A stretch of 64,000 bases of DNA from a bacterium (GCA_043804925.1 JAZDIP010000022.1:148931-212930), one strand, 5' to 3'. Positions 40,345-50,830 are shown, numbered from the stretch's first letter. Made by a program: numbers and translations. Notes: generated from the letters alone by a model not told the origin.

Positions 40345-42270
40345 ATGAAAAAACTAAATTACTTATTAGCAGTTTTAATGCTGTGTGCAACAACATTAGT
40401 ATGTTCACAATCGCCGATTAAAGTTGTAAATTTCAGTGAATATGCTGAGATTACTAAGGGAGAAACTGCTAAAATATCATGGGAATTTCAAAATGCTCAA
40501 AGCGTAAAAATTTCCGGCATCGAGACTATTTTTAAAGCTATGGATTCTGTCATTCTTTCACCCGAACGAACTGAATTTTATACAATAACAGCATATCAGG
40601 GTAAAAAGGATTCATTGAAACTAAACTTTATTGTCAACGTACAAAGTTCTAAAGTTACTGAAAAGAAAGCCGAATCCGAAAAAAAACCTGAATCCGAAAA
40701 GAAAGCTGAATCTGAAACCACCCCAAATGTACAAAGAGGACCTGTCCAATATAAATATAAAAGACTTGGAGCTTCATTTGAAAAAAACGAATTTTTGAGT
40801 GGTAACGTAAAAGCAACTCCCAAAGCACAAGATAAATATTTAAAAATCATGAGAACCATGGGACCAATGGATGATGAACAATATCTTATTAGGGCAATTG
40901 TATTGGATGAATACGGTAATTACCTTTCCGGATTAGGCGGTTTTGATGATATTGATTGGTCTGTTAACAGGATTACAAAAACACTCAATGATAAAAAGGA
41001 TATTGATGAACTTTTTGAGCAACCTTTTAATGACAGCATTCATATTGATATAGGTTTGGCTCTCGATAATTCTGCTGCATCTTCGCAACAAAATGAAATA
41101 TTAAGACAAATAAGTGAGTTTATACAATATTTGTCTCCGGATGATAATTTTTTCTTTTCGACATTTAATCAAAATTATTTGCAGATGTTTGCACTATCGC
41201 CTCCCGAAAAAGCTTTATGGGAGCTTCAAAATCTTAATTTAAGCAAACCATCCGGTTTGAATGCTTTGCATAAGGCATCGTTTAAAACAATTGAAAAATT
41301 GGGGGATGGATTTTATGATGACAGAATTTGCATTTTAATTACTTTTAATTCCGATAATTCTTCAATAATATATACCGCTAACGATGTTGCCGCCATTGCA
41401 CAGGAATCGGAAACACCTGTCTATATTATTGGAATCGGTAATACTGTTGAAAGCTACACCCTGAGATTTATAGCCGATGCATCGGGAGGGAAATTTTACC
41501 ATATTTTTGAAAATGAAATCGAACAGTTAAAAAGTATTTTGGTTGAAATTATACTGTCTCAAAAAGGATATTACGAATTTTCAGTACCAATAAAAGATGC
41601 AGGAAAAGTTGAGGAGATTGCTACAGTTTTAACTCTAAAATCAAAAAATTCCGAAATCCAAACAAAAACAAATCTTATTCTGGAGCCAAAACTTCAACCG
41701 GTTAAATACCAGGTCGTTTCTAATTTCGATTACAAGGAATCATACATTAAAACAGATTACGAAGAAATGCTGAATTCTCTTGCGTATATTCTTCATAATA
41801 ATCCCGGCTTCAGTATTCAGTTGATTGGTCATAGCGGTAACGAAGGTACCGGCAAAGAATGTTATGACCTCTCGGTTCAACGGGCAGAGAATGTAAAAGC
41901 TTATCTGATGAGTCAACAGATTCCGGAGCATATTATTAAAATAAGGGGTGATGGCAATCACAGACCGCTTTTTTATTCGCCGCAAACCAACTGGCAGAAT
42001 GATTATAACAGAAGAGTAGAAATTAAATGGTTAGACCCGGATTTGAAGCCTTTCGAAATTTTAACTGATATATTCGAATCACAAACTGAAGCTGAAAAAT
42101 CTTTGAAATTTTGGTATGACTATGGCTACAAAGCATATTTTGACAGATTCTTTATGGATGACAAACCTCTTTATGAAGTGAAAATATGGGGCTTCGGAAC
42201 ATTGGAACAAGCTGAAAAGACTGCTGCAACCATAAGCAACAAATATAATAAAAAAGTAAAAGTGGAATAA
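40345..42270 (+). CDS. OmpA-family exported protein with vWA-like middle domain and probable C-terminal SPOR-like domain
   Basis: Signal peptide. vWA-like LALDNSAS...ILITF...VYIIGIG...FIADASGGKFY. OmpA IQLIGH...LSVQRAENVK...NRRVEI. Confidence 0.8.
   Translation: MKKLNYLLAVLMLCATTLVCSQSPIKVVNFSEYAEITKGETAKISWEFQNAQSVKISGIETIFKAMDSVILSPERTEFYTITAYQGKKDSLKLNFIVNVQSSKVTEKKAESEKKPESEKKAESETTPNVQRGPVQYKYKRLGASFEKNEFLSGNVKATPKAQDKYLKIMRTMGPMDDEQYLIRAIVLDEYGNYLSGLGGFDDIDWSVNRITKTLNDKKDIDELFEQPFNDSIHIDIGLALDNSAASSQQNEILRQISEFIQYLSPDDNFFFSTFNQNYLQMFALSPPEKALWELQNLNLSKPSGLNALHKASFKTIEKLGDGFYDDRICILITFNSDNSSIIYTANDVAAIAQESETPVYIIGIGNTVESYTLRFIADASGGKFYHIFENEIEQLKSILVEIILSQKGYYEFSVPIKDAGKVEEIATVLTLKSKNSEIQTKTNLILEPKLQPVKYQVVSNFDYKESYIKTDYEEMLNSLAYILHNNPGFSIQLIGHSGNEGTGKECYDLSVQRAENVKAYLMSQQIPEHIIKIRGDGNHRPLFYSPQTNWQNDYNRRVEIKWLDPDLKPFEILTDIFESQTEAEKSLKFWYDYGYKAYFDRFFMDDKPLYEVKIWGFGTLEQAEKTAATISNKYNKKVKVE
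40660..40713 (+). repeat. In-frame 18-bp tandem repeat x3 (EKKAES/EKKPES/EKKAES)
   Basis: GAAAAGAAAGCCGAATCC GAAAAAAAACCTGAATCC GAAAAGAAAGCTGAATCT. Confidence 0.85.
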
Positions 42271-42451
42271 GTTTATAAGGTAGAAAGTTTATAAAGTTTT
42301 TAAAGTTTTTAAAGTTTGAGCATGCCGTAAAAAATCAGTCTGTCATTCCGCGAAAGCAGGAATCAAAAGCGCCTTTTTTATTTTACAGTTAAAAAAATAA
42401 TTGTCAATTACTTTTCTATATTGTCTAAAACAAGCCCCAAATCCCAATCTC

Positions 42452-43564
42452 CTAATCCCTATAATAAATTCCTCTGTCTCTCAAATAATTTATGATGAAA
42501 TTAAATAAAGTTTCATCTTCACCCAAATATTCGGGAGGTATAATGCCTTTTCTATCGTATTTCCCAAGCAAAACGAGATTTGCTGCGGCTGTTGCGGTGT
42601 ACCCCGTTGTCCTTGCCATTGAAGAAGTCTTTGTTTCCTTATTATATTTGTCAAAAAGATTGTAAATATGTTTTACTTGCTCACCGCTTTCCTCACCTTC
42701 GATTATAACTCGCATTACCGTAAACTCTTCTTCCTCAGGATTTATTTTCCATTTCTGGAACAATACCTTCGATGTAAAATCAATCGGTGATACATCCACC
42801 CCATTTATATTAATTTTATCTACTCCGAAAAAGCCACTTTCCTTCAACACTTTTATATACTCGATATGTCCCGGATATCTCAATGTTTTTTCTTTCATAT
42901 TGGGAATTTTCATAGTAAACATTAGCGAACGCAAACCATCTGTGTTGAATGCTTCTAATGTTCCAACGGGTTCAAAATCAAGGTATTCAGTATCCGAAAG
43001 CGCAGGTTTGGATACAATAAATCCGTTTTCAACATAACGGGCAGGTCTTGTGTATTCTTCCAGAACATCTACAGGAGAAAAAGGAGCTTTGTATTCAAAC
43101 GGCTTTTCTCTTTTGACCGGCAAGCCACCAACATAACATTCAAAATTTTGTACATTCATTCTTTTGTTATGGTATCCCAACAGGATATTGTCCATTCCCG
43201 GAGCTACTCCGCAATCAACAATAGCCGTAACATTATTTTGTTTTGCCAAATCATCAAGTCCGAAACAATCTTCGGGAAAAAAGGATATATCAACTATATT
43301 TTTTCCTGATTCTATGACAGCTTTACAAGTGTTGTAACCCATAAATCCCGGTACTGCTCCGATTACTAAATCGAAGTCTGCAACAATTTCCTTAACCACA
43401 TTTTCATTCGATAAATCAGCATTAATAGTTTTTATATTAAAAGCAGGAAGTTCATTCAAAGCAGATTCATTTAAATCAACAGATGTAACATCATGGTCTT
43501 TAGCTAAATCAATCGCCATCGCTTTACCAACCATGCCTGCACCGAGTATAACAATTTTTTTCAT
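42452..43564 (-). CDS. Saccharopine dehydrogenase-family oxidoreductase
   Basis: Rossmann motif ILGAGMVG, DCGVAPG, YVGGLP, FNTDGL and KTLRYPGH. Start at MKKIV. Confidence 0.9.
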   Translation of the reverse strand: MKKIVILGAGMVGKAMAIDLAKDHDVTSVDLNESALNELPAFNIKTINADLSNENVVKEIVADFDLVIGAVPGFMGYNTCKAVIESGKNIVDISFFPEDCFGLDDLAKQNNVTAIVDCGVAPGMDNILLGYHNKRMNVQNFECYVGGLPVKREKPFEYKAPFSPVDVLEEYTRPARYVENGFIVSKPALSDTEYLDFEPVGTLEAFNTDGLRSLMFTMKIPNMKEKTLRYPGHIEYIKVLKESGFFGVDKININGVDVSPIDFTSKVLFQKWKINPEEEEFTVMRVIIEGEESGEQVKHIYNLFDKYNKETKTSSMARTTGYTATAAANLVLLGKYDRKGIIPPEYLGEDETLFNFIINYLRDRGIYYRD

Positions 43565-43851
43565 AAATATCCTTTCATATAGATAATTTCCGTCTGTTGT
43601 TTCAACTGATTGTACAAGTAACATTTAGAAATATGATGCAAAAATAATAAATAAAACAATATAAAAGCACAATACGGATTAATTGCAATTCAAGAACAAG
43701 TCATTTTGTGAGAAATGTAGTGAAGCGGAGAATCCAAGTCACATAAAAACAGGATTCCTCGCTTCACCGGACATAGCAGGAATTGACACTAGAATTATGT
43801 AATGATTTATGTTCCGATTTTATTATTTGGAAGAAATTACCGAAAATCCAA

Positions 43852-44736
43852 TTAATAGTAAAATTCGTACTCAATTTTAAATTTTGTATTCCCAAATGCT
43901 TTATTTATATATCCAACAATATTATTATCGGCATCAAACTCAAAATTTTCTATATCTTCAGGATTCATAAGGTATCCTTTATACATTACCCTATTTGAAA
44001 TTTTGGTATTACTAGTGTCATTGTTTTCTTTTGTATATGACTTTCGCTTAATATTATTCCCATCATCATCATAAAAATATTCGGTAACATTTCCACTTAT
44101 TGTATCGTTCCCCCAAATGACATATTCCAGTTGATTCTTCTCATTATATCGCCGATAGGCTTTTTTGTTATTATTTGAATTAACGCTTGAATCAATTTGT
44201 AAAATGCAAAATCCCTTTGAATTATAAAAAAATTCCATTACCTTGTCAAGAACTCCATCTTCATATACACTCATTTTAATTAATTTATCACCATCCCTCT
44301 TGTAAATTACATTTAATGATTTATTAGATGACGAAAATGATTGCATATCGGCTTTTGACATAAAACCTTCATTATCATATTCAATAGAAGTAATCATATA
44401 GATACTGCTATCACTTGAATACTCGATATCCTTAGTTTGACAACCGAATTTGCTATAAGGGAGTGGAACATTAGCCCTTTGTTGGCTTAATTGGCTTTTG
44501 TAATTGGCATCACCAAACATCTTAGCAAATGTTCTTTTTGGAAGTCCCTCAACATCGCCATCAAAGTAATATTCCGATTCTTTGATGAACTTATTTGAAT
44601 CATTCATATCAGAAATATAAATAGTCATTTTAAGTTTTCGGAAATTATTTTTGATGGGATCAGAGCCGTTATCAGTACATGAATTGATAATTATAAATAA
44701 GAAAATACTTAAAATAGCATTAAACATTTTTTTCAT
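43852..44736 (-). CDS. Hypothetical AT-rich lipoprotein with YD/RHS-like short repeats
   Basis: Lipobox INSC, repeated (E)Y-x-Y-D/N-x-x-G motifs. Confidence 0.65.
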   Translation of the reverse strand: MKKMFNAILSIFLFIIINSCTDNGSDPIKNNFRKLKMTIYISDMNDSNKFIKESEYYFDGDVEGLPKRTFAKMFGDANYKSQLSQQRANVPLPYSKFGCQTKDIEYSSDSSIYMITSIEYDNEGFMSKADMQSFSSSNKSLNVIYKRDGDKLIKMSVYEDGVLDKVMEFFYNSKGFCILQIDSSVNSNNNKKAYRRYNEKNQLEYVIWGNDTISGNVTEYFYDDDGNNIKRKSYTKENNDTSNTKISNRVMYKGYLMNPEDIENFEFDADNNIVGYINKAFGNTKFKIEYEFYY

Positions 44737-45031
44737 TTTTCGGTCCTTTTGAATATATTAAATAACATAATTACATATTTAATTAAAATTAGATATCAAA
44801 GATACAAAGATTTGATTTATTTTATTTCGATTTTTTTATTATTATAATGTTCTAACATTAAATATAACAATCTTTACTAAATTACATTATTTTCTTTCAT
44901 AGTATTTTTTCATATTATTCCTTATTCGTAATTCGTAATTAATTTCACTTTCACTAATTAGTCGAAAAGTCTGACGTTTTCTATCCATTTATATTTATTT
45001 TAATTGATTGCTTTAAGATTAAATATTAACC

Positions 45032-46831
45032 TTACTTAATTTCGTATTTTATACCATGATGGCTGTATATTGTATTTCCAACAAAAATAGTTTGATATCC
45101 ATACATAAAGAGTTGGCTCCCATCTGCAGGTATTTCCCTTAAAATAGTCCCATTATCCAAACTGCAAATTACTATATTCCCATTAGAGCAAAATATCTTG
45201 TTTGAGTAGAAATTAAAATTAACGATTTTACCCACATCTAATGTATAAGAGTATAATTCAGAGCCATCGTTGATATTTCTTATTGTAAAAATATTGTCAC
45301 TTGACCACGTATAACAAACAGTATTATCTAAGGGATTAAAGTAATATCCCTGATACAATTTTGTCCAGTCTTTTTCTTCCCATAGTACTTTAAATGTATT
45401 ATTGATAAAGCTACAAAGTTTCATGTCCCCAGGAATGAACATGTGTTTACCATCCGAAGAAATAGCTGGTCCATAACTGATAGCTGTGAATTGAGTTGAA
45501 TAAATCTTATTACCTTTTGCAACATCATAAAGAGATAATTTATCATTGTCTGACATAATAGCTATTAAATTGTCAGAAACAGCTGGTAATCGAAATGCAG
45601 ATTTAAATTTATATTTCGGAGTTTGAGTCATTTTTTCAGACTGCCAAAAACTCAAATAAGGAACATATTCGTTTGCATCCAACGCATAAAAATATTTTCC
45701 ACCAGGTGTTGCATTTAAAAACTCATAATCTACACTACTGTTTATAATAGAATCAATATCATTTTCCCTTTCAAGATCCCTTTTATATATATTCCCATTT
45801 TTTGTATATACAACTGTTTTGTTATCAACAATTGCTATCCTGTCAAATTTGAAACTTTTCTCTCCGTACATAATATAAATAAAATTTCCGTAAATTTGCC
45901 AGTTGTTTATTGTAACACCATGAGGAAATTCTTTTGGTAATATTCTTAACCAGAACCGTTCTTCTTGAGCAAATTTCGCTTGAGTGTTGTGATACGCAGT
46001 ATCTTGTATATTTGAAGTGCTGTATAGCAATTCCGGATAGGAGTTGCTTCCTGTGGTTAGTTGGTATTCACCAAAATTATTATAATATTTACATGCGCTA
46101 TGAAATATAATGTAGCCTTCAGTAGGATGTTGAGATACATAATAATTTATTTTTTCTTTTTCTTTTTTGTAGTACCAAAGATTCTGTCTAACGTTTTCGT
46201 TATTGATCACTGAAATTTTATATACAACTTCTTCGCCTACGTAATAATAATCAATAAATATGGAGTCAGGTTCTTCAAATTTGTGACAAAGATCAAGATT
46301 CTCACCTATAAATCTTTCAATCAGATAATATTTAGTATGTTTTTTATCTAGTTCAGGCCAGGTTAATTTCAATGTTCCATCTGCCTCATCAATTTTTATA
46401 AACTGATGACTTAAATTTTCTACTATTTTCAAGATAAGAGGTTTAGTACCAAAATGTACTGTGTCTCCAGTATTGATGTTAACAGTTCTAAAGTAAAATT
46501 GCAGTGTACTACCTGTTTTTGAATCATGCATAAAGGAATATGTTGTAATTATAGTTGTATCAACTCTAATAATCCTATTACTATCAATTATCATTGTCAC
46601 TGAATCAATATCAAATTCGTCTATATCTACCCGGAAATCAATTGCATAATTTTTATCCAAAAAAATTGTATCTCCGGAAAAAGGAATATTATATAAGAAA
46701 TCACAAGGATTCAGTATTTCCATTGTATCAGGTATTTTTGGTGTTATAACAGTGTCATTCGGATTGTCATCACAAGAAAATGAAATTAATAATACACATA
46801 TTAAAATACTTGTAAAAAAAAGATTTTTCAT
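45032..46831 (-). CDS. Hypothetical AT-rich lipoprotein
   Basis: Lipobox SFSC, 599-aa open frame, no recognisable catalytic motif. Confidence 0.7.
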   Translation of the reverse strand: MKNLFFTSILICVLLISFSCDDNPNDTVITPKIPDTMEILNPCDFLYNIPFSGDTIFLDKNYAIDFRVDIDEFDIDSVTMIIDSNRIIRVDTTIITTYSFMHDSKTGSTLQFYFRTVNINTGDTVHFGTKPLILKIVENLSHQFIKIDEADGTLKLTWPELDKKHTKYYLIERFIGENLDLCHKFEEPDSIFIDYYYVGEEVVYKISVINNENVRQNLWYYKKEKEKINYYVSQHPTEGYIIFHSACKYYNNFGEYQLTTGSNSYPELLYSTSNIQDTAYHNTQAKFAQEERFWLRILPKEFPHGVTINNWQIYGNFIYIMYGEKSFKFDRIAIVDNKTVVYTKNGNIYKRDLERENDIDSIINSSVDYEFLNATPGGKYFYALDANEYVPYLSFWQSEKMTQTPKYKFKSAFRLPAVSDNLIAIMSDNDKLSLYDVAKGNKIYSTQFTAISYGPAISSDGKHMFIPGDMKLCSFINNTFKVLWEEKDWTKLYQGYYFNPLDNTVCYTWSSDNIFTIRNINDGSELYSYTLDVGKIVNFNFYSNKIFCSNGNIVICSLDNGTILREIPADGSQLFMYGYQTIFVGNTIYSHHGIKYEIK

Positions 46832-47194
46832 TTTCTCACCTTTAAAATTATCTATATATATTTACTTTTTCATATCCAAATATAAAACATATTCCTAGTA
46901 AAGTAATCTTCAGATTCACTCAATTTAAAACTTTTACCTTAAAATAAAATTCACCTATCAATCAATCTTTCTTTGCCTCTAATCTGCAGTTATCTCCAGA
47001 CCTCTCTCAATTTTTTTTACTATCTCTTACTTTTTTAACTTTTATACAATTTTCCTAAGTCGTCTTCAAACGAAAATAATTTTTTATCCAAAATAACAAT
47101 ACAATTTAAGACAATAATCTATAATTACATAATTTTATATCAAGATTAACCTTCCTCCGGCTTCGTCTCTTTCTTTAATCAATAACTAACAGAA

Positions 47195-47329
47195 TTATTC
47201 CCACTCTATCTTCCCAGGCGGCTTACCCGTAATATCATAAGTAACACGATTGATGCCACGAATCTCGTTTATGATTTGGTTACTCATTTTTGCGAGTACG
47301 TCATTAGGCATCTGGAACCTGTCTGCTGT
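47195..47329 (-). pseudogene. guaA: Orphan 3'-terminal fragment of GMP synthase (44 codons, no start)
   Basis: Minus strand reads [44 protein letters not shown], matching the GuaA C-terminal signature INRVxYDIxxKPPxTIEWE. Confidence 0.9.
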
Positions 47330-47395
47330 CTGACATCTGCTTTAAAACTTTTAAACTTTATACTTTTTAACTTTATACTTTAAAACTGTCTCTGA

Positions 47396-48382
47396 CTACT
47401 TCCCGCTAAAATGCTTCATAAACTGGACTCTTTCGAAAGAGGCAGGATTGTCGCTCTGGGACTGGCTTAGTTTTCCCCGAAATTCATCAATAGTTTTGTA
47501 ATTTTTCCGGTTCATCCATTCTTCTACTTCATCGAGCATTTTTTGAATTTTTGGAAAACCGTTTCTGTATAATGCAGATGCAACCTGCACGGCATTTGCT
47601 CCGGCAAGCAATTGCTTAATAACAGCTCTTCCGTCATGAATACCTGTTGAAGCCGCTAAATCGCATTTTACGCGGTTTGCCATTATAGCAATCCACCTTA
47701 GTGAAATTGCTAGTTCTCCTGGTGTACTCAAAACATGTGAGGAAAGTAATTTGAAAGTTTCTATATCAAAATCGGGACTCCAAAACCTGTTAAAAAGCAC
47801 TAATGAACTTATTCCGGTTTCTGATAGTTTCTGAAGCATCTGCCCCAAATTTGAAAAGTAAAAACTGGTTTTAAGAGCAATAGGTAATTTTACCTCTTTT
47901 TTTACACTATTGATAACGTCAAAATATACTTTCTCTGTATCTTCTATGCTCCTGTTGAAATCGCTCGGTAATATAAAAAGATTTAATTCTATTCCGTCAG
48001 CACCTGCCTCTTCAATCCTCTTCGAAAAGCCAATCCAATCTGTTGCCGACATACAATTAATACTTGCAATTACAGGGATTTGCAATACTTTCTTTGCTTT
48101 CTCAATTAAAAACAGATATTTACTAACACTGTCCTCAGCGTCGTCATAACTAAAAAAATCATAAATTTCCGGGTATAAAGTCCCGGGGCGGTTCATCTCT
48201 GTCAGTGACTTTTGCAGTTCAATATTTATTTCTTCTTCAAATAAAGATTTCAATACAACAGCTCCTGCTCCGAATTTTTCTATTTCCTTTAAATCCTGTA
48301 AAGAATTTGTCAATCCAGAACTTGCGGCAATAATCGGGCTTCTTAGATTGAATCCCATATATTTTGTTGATAAATCAGCCAT
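47396..48382 (-). CDS. Dihydroorotate dehydrogenase-like protein (DHOD_like subfamily)
   Basis: LSTKYMG..L.SPIIAASS, VLKSLFEE, DLAASTG and GANAVQVAS motifs. Confidence 0.85.
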   Translation of the reverse strand: MADLSTKYMGFNLRSPIIAASSGLTNSLQDLKEIEKFGAGAVVLKSLFEEEINIELQKSLTEMNRPGTLYPEIYDFFSYDDAEDSVSKYLFLIEKAKKVLQIPVIASINCMSATDWIGFSKRIEEAGADGIELNLFILPSDFNRSIEDTEKVYFDVINSVKKEVKLPIALKTSFYFSNLGQMLQKLSETGISSLVLFNRFWSPDFDIETFKLLSSHVLSTPGELAISLRWIAIMANRVKCDLAASTGIHDGRAVIKQLLAGANAVQVASALYRNGFPKIQKMLDEVEEWMNRKNYKTIDEFRGKLSQSQSDNPASFERVQFMKHFSGK

Positions 48383-48618
48383 ATATACACCTGTTTCTCA
48401 TTTATAAATAATAATTTTTCAATAATACATTTTTTTTGGAAAATAACAAAATTATTTTGTCGTTTTATAAAAATAAGCTGTTTAAAAAAGTTTTGATATA
48501 TTTATATTAGACAAAATATTATTTTATTCGTATTTTGTATGTAAATTATTTATATTTGTAATCTATTAGTTTTGAAATTATTTTTATTATTAATCTTTAT
48601 TAATTATAGGAGGTCTTT

Positions 48619-49788
48619 ATGAAATTTTTAAAATTTAGTGCATTATTTTTAATGCTTGTTTCCATTAGTATAATTTTTTACTCATGTAATGAAACCACAA
48701 GTACGGGTGATAGCCCTGTAATTGACAGTATTAACCCGACAAATGGAGTTCCGGGTACTGAAGTAACCATATTAGGTTCAAACTTTGGTGATTACAACCA
48801 GTTAAAATGCAAAGTGTATTTCAACGGTGAAGAGGCTCAGCCTAAATTTATTGGAAATGAAATCCAATGGTTCGATGATGAAATTGTTGCAATTGTCCCA
48901 ACAAGAGCAACGACAGGTAATGTTATTGTTGAAGTTGACGGATTGACAAGCAATGGCATTGTTTTCACAGTACCTTCGGTAAATCCGGCAACAGCTGTTA
49001 TGGCAACATCAAAGGATGATAACTCCGTATCTTTGAAATGGACAGCATCAACTGATGAAAGCAATACGGATTTTGCAGGATATTGGCTTTATGTTTATCC
49101 AAACAATGGTACTCCCGGAAGTTATTTTGAAATACCAAAGGGAACAACAACTTACTTGGCAACCGGTTTGACGGAAGGCACGATTTATAATTTCGACATA
49201 CATGCCGTTAAAAATTATGGTGGCAATTTTCTTCTAAGCCCGAAAGCAACAGTAAAATGGTCACCGGCTTCAAGATTTATTTATAATATCAATGACGCTG
49301 AAATTAGGATTTATGAAACAGCATCCACAGATTTCGGTAGCGGTTTACAGCTTTGCGAAGGAACTGAACTAAAACCGAAAACATTGAAATTAGCAAGTGC
49401 TGCTGATTGGGATTTAGGCATTTATACAACAGGTAACAGCATTTGGTTCGGTACACCTTCAAAGATGAAATCCCGTTATTCGAATTTTAATGCAACTGCT
49501 AAACCATGCCAGATTGCAGGAACACATTATTTCTATAATTCACTGGATGAACTTTTTGATTCTCAGGCATTGGACGGGCAGACATATTCTGAAATGGAAA
49601 TAGACTTATCCACATTAACCGATAATAAAAATGTTATCTTTATTGTAAGAACAAACAGCCCAACCTGGAATTACGCAAAAATTATGTTGTTTTATAACGA
49701 TGGATATTTGCAGGGAGATAGCCCAAACAGATATATTAAAGCCCATGTTTCTTATCAGAAAACTGCCGGTGTTCCATACGCTCTATAG
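48619..49788 (+). CDS. Lipoprotein with IPT/TIG and fibronectin-III-like domains
   Basis: Lipobox FYSC, PVIDSINP...GTEVTILGSNFG, and LKWTAS...GY...GLTEGTIYNFDIHAV. Confidence 0.8.
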   Translation: MKFLKFSALFLMLVSISIIFYSCNETTSTGDSPVIDSINPTNGVPGTEVTILGSNFGDYNQLKCKVYFNGEEAQPKFIGNEIQWFDDEIVAIVPTRATTGNVIVEVDGLTSNGIVFTVPSVNPATAVMATSKDDNSVSLKWTASTDESNTDFAGYWLYVYPNNGTPGSYFEIPKGTTTYLATGLTEGTIYNFDIHAVKNYGGNFLLSPKATVKWSPASRFIYNINDAEIRIYETASTDFGSGLQLCEGTELKPKTLKLASAADWDLGIYTTGNSIWFGTPSKMKSRYSNFNATAKPCQIAGTHYFYNSLDELFDSQALDGQTYSEMEIDLSTLTDNKNVIFIVRTNSPTWNYAKIMLFYNDGYLQGDSPNRYIKAHVSYQKTAGVPYAL

Positions 49789-49857
49789 TTTAAAGTTTAT
49801 TGAGTTTAATAAGTTTAATGAGTTAATTAGTTGAAACGAATTTGAAAGGAAAAAAAA

Positions 49858-50226
49858 ATGTATAAAATGATTGCATTGTTATTATTGGCCGGAGTCCTGT
49901 TTAGTGCTACTGTAAATACTGAAGCCGCTCCACCGAAAGCAATAAAAGGTTATGTCGCAAGCTTAGATGATATAGTCCTTGGAGGAACAGGTAAAGTTGA
50001 CAAAGCTAAAGCTACCGAATTAGCTGAAAAAGGCAGTCCTATTGTTTTTGTTACAGGTAAAGGCAAAAGTGCAAAGATATATTTCGTTTATCACGAAGAT
50101 GGTTCTTTTGCAGCAAAAAAACTTGCAAAATATGCCAGCAATACAAATGTTGGTATTATCGGAAAAGCAAAAAAAATCAATGGCTTGAATATTCTTATCG
50201 CTGAGAGTATCGAATCAATGGACTAA
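49858..50226 (+). CDS. Small exported hypothetical protein (paralogue of the 50312-50830 C-terminus)
   Basis: Signal peptide. Shares FVY.EDGSFA.K.LA.YA.N...GIIGK.K.I.GLNI.IA..IES.D with the next ORF. Confidence 0.75.
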   Translation: MYKMIALLLLAGVLFSATVNTEAAPPKAIKGYVASLDDIVLGGTGKVDKAKATELAEKGSPIVFVTGKGKSAKIYFVYHEDGSFAAKKLAKYASNTNVGIIGKAKKINGLNILIAESIESMD

Positions 50227-50240
50227 TTTTTTTATTACTT

Positions 50241-50282
50241 AGGAATGTCGTTTTGTCTTTGCTTAGCGGCATTCCTTTTTTA
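50241..50282 (+). terminator. Intrinsic terminator
   Basis: AGGAATGTCG...CGGCATTCCT stem followed by a T run. Confidence 0.65.
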
Positions 50283-50311
50283 TTTATATAAATTAATTTA
50301 AAAGGCATAAG

Positions 50312-50830
50312 ATGAAAAATATAATAATTTTAACAGCTTTGGTTGTTTTTTCGTTTCTAATAATTTCTTCCTGCGGTGAACCAAAGAAAGATGCCCCGGA
50401 AGATACTAAACAAGAGCAATTACAACAAGAGCAAAAAAATATTGAGGCCCCTGCTGCCGGACAAACGGAAGATAAGATTGAAGAAGGAGATACCCAACTC
50501 GGTGAAGCACCCGAAGCAGTTGAACCGGAAAAAAAGGATTATTCAAAAGAAGCATTAAGATGCCAGATTGTTTTGTTGGATGATGTTGCAACCGGAAACT
50601 TTAGAAAACTGACTAAACCGCAAGCTCTCGAATTTGTTGAAAAAGGTAAAATCTTAGTTGTCAGGGCAGAAAATGGAGCAATTTTTTTTGTATATAACGA
50701 AGATGGTTCTTTCGCAAGTAAAAACTTAGCAAGATACGCAGCTAATAATTATATAGGTATTATCGGAAAACCTAAATACATATACGGATTGAACATTATT
50801 ATCGCACAAATAATTGAATCATCCGATTAA
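50312..50830 (+). CDS. Hypothetical lipoprotein with acidic linker and shared C-terminal domain
   Basis: Lipobox ISSC, E/Q/P-rich linker, C-terminal domain paralogous to 49858-50226. Confidence 0.78.
   Translation: MKNIIILTALVVFSFLIISSCGEPKKDAPEDTKQEQLQQEQKNIEAPAAGQTEDKIEEGDTQLGEAPEAVEPEKKDYSKEALRCQIVLLDDVATGNFRKLTKPQALEFVEKGKILVVRAENGAIFFVYNEDGSFASKNLARYAANNYIGIIGKPKYIYGLNIIIAQIIESSD

Noticed and set aside
44958-44990. Minus-strand peptide KWIENVRLFD* as another gene-end remnant
   Set aside because: It is too short and I could not match it to a specific gene terminus.
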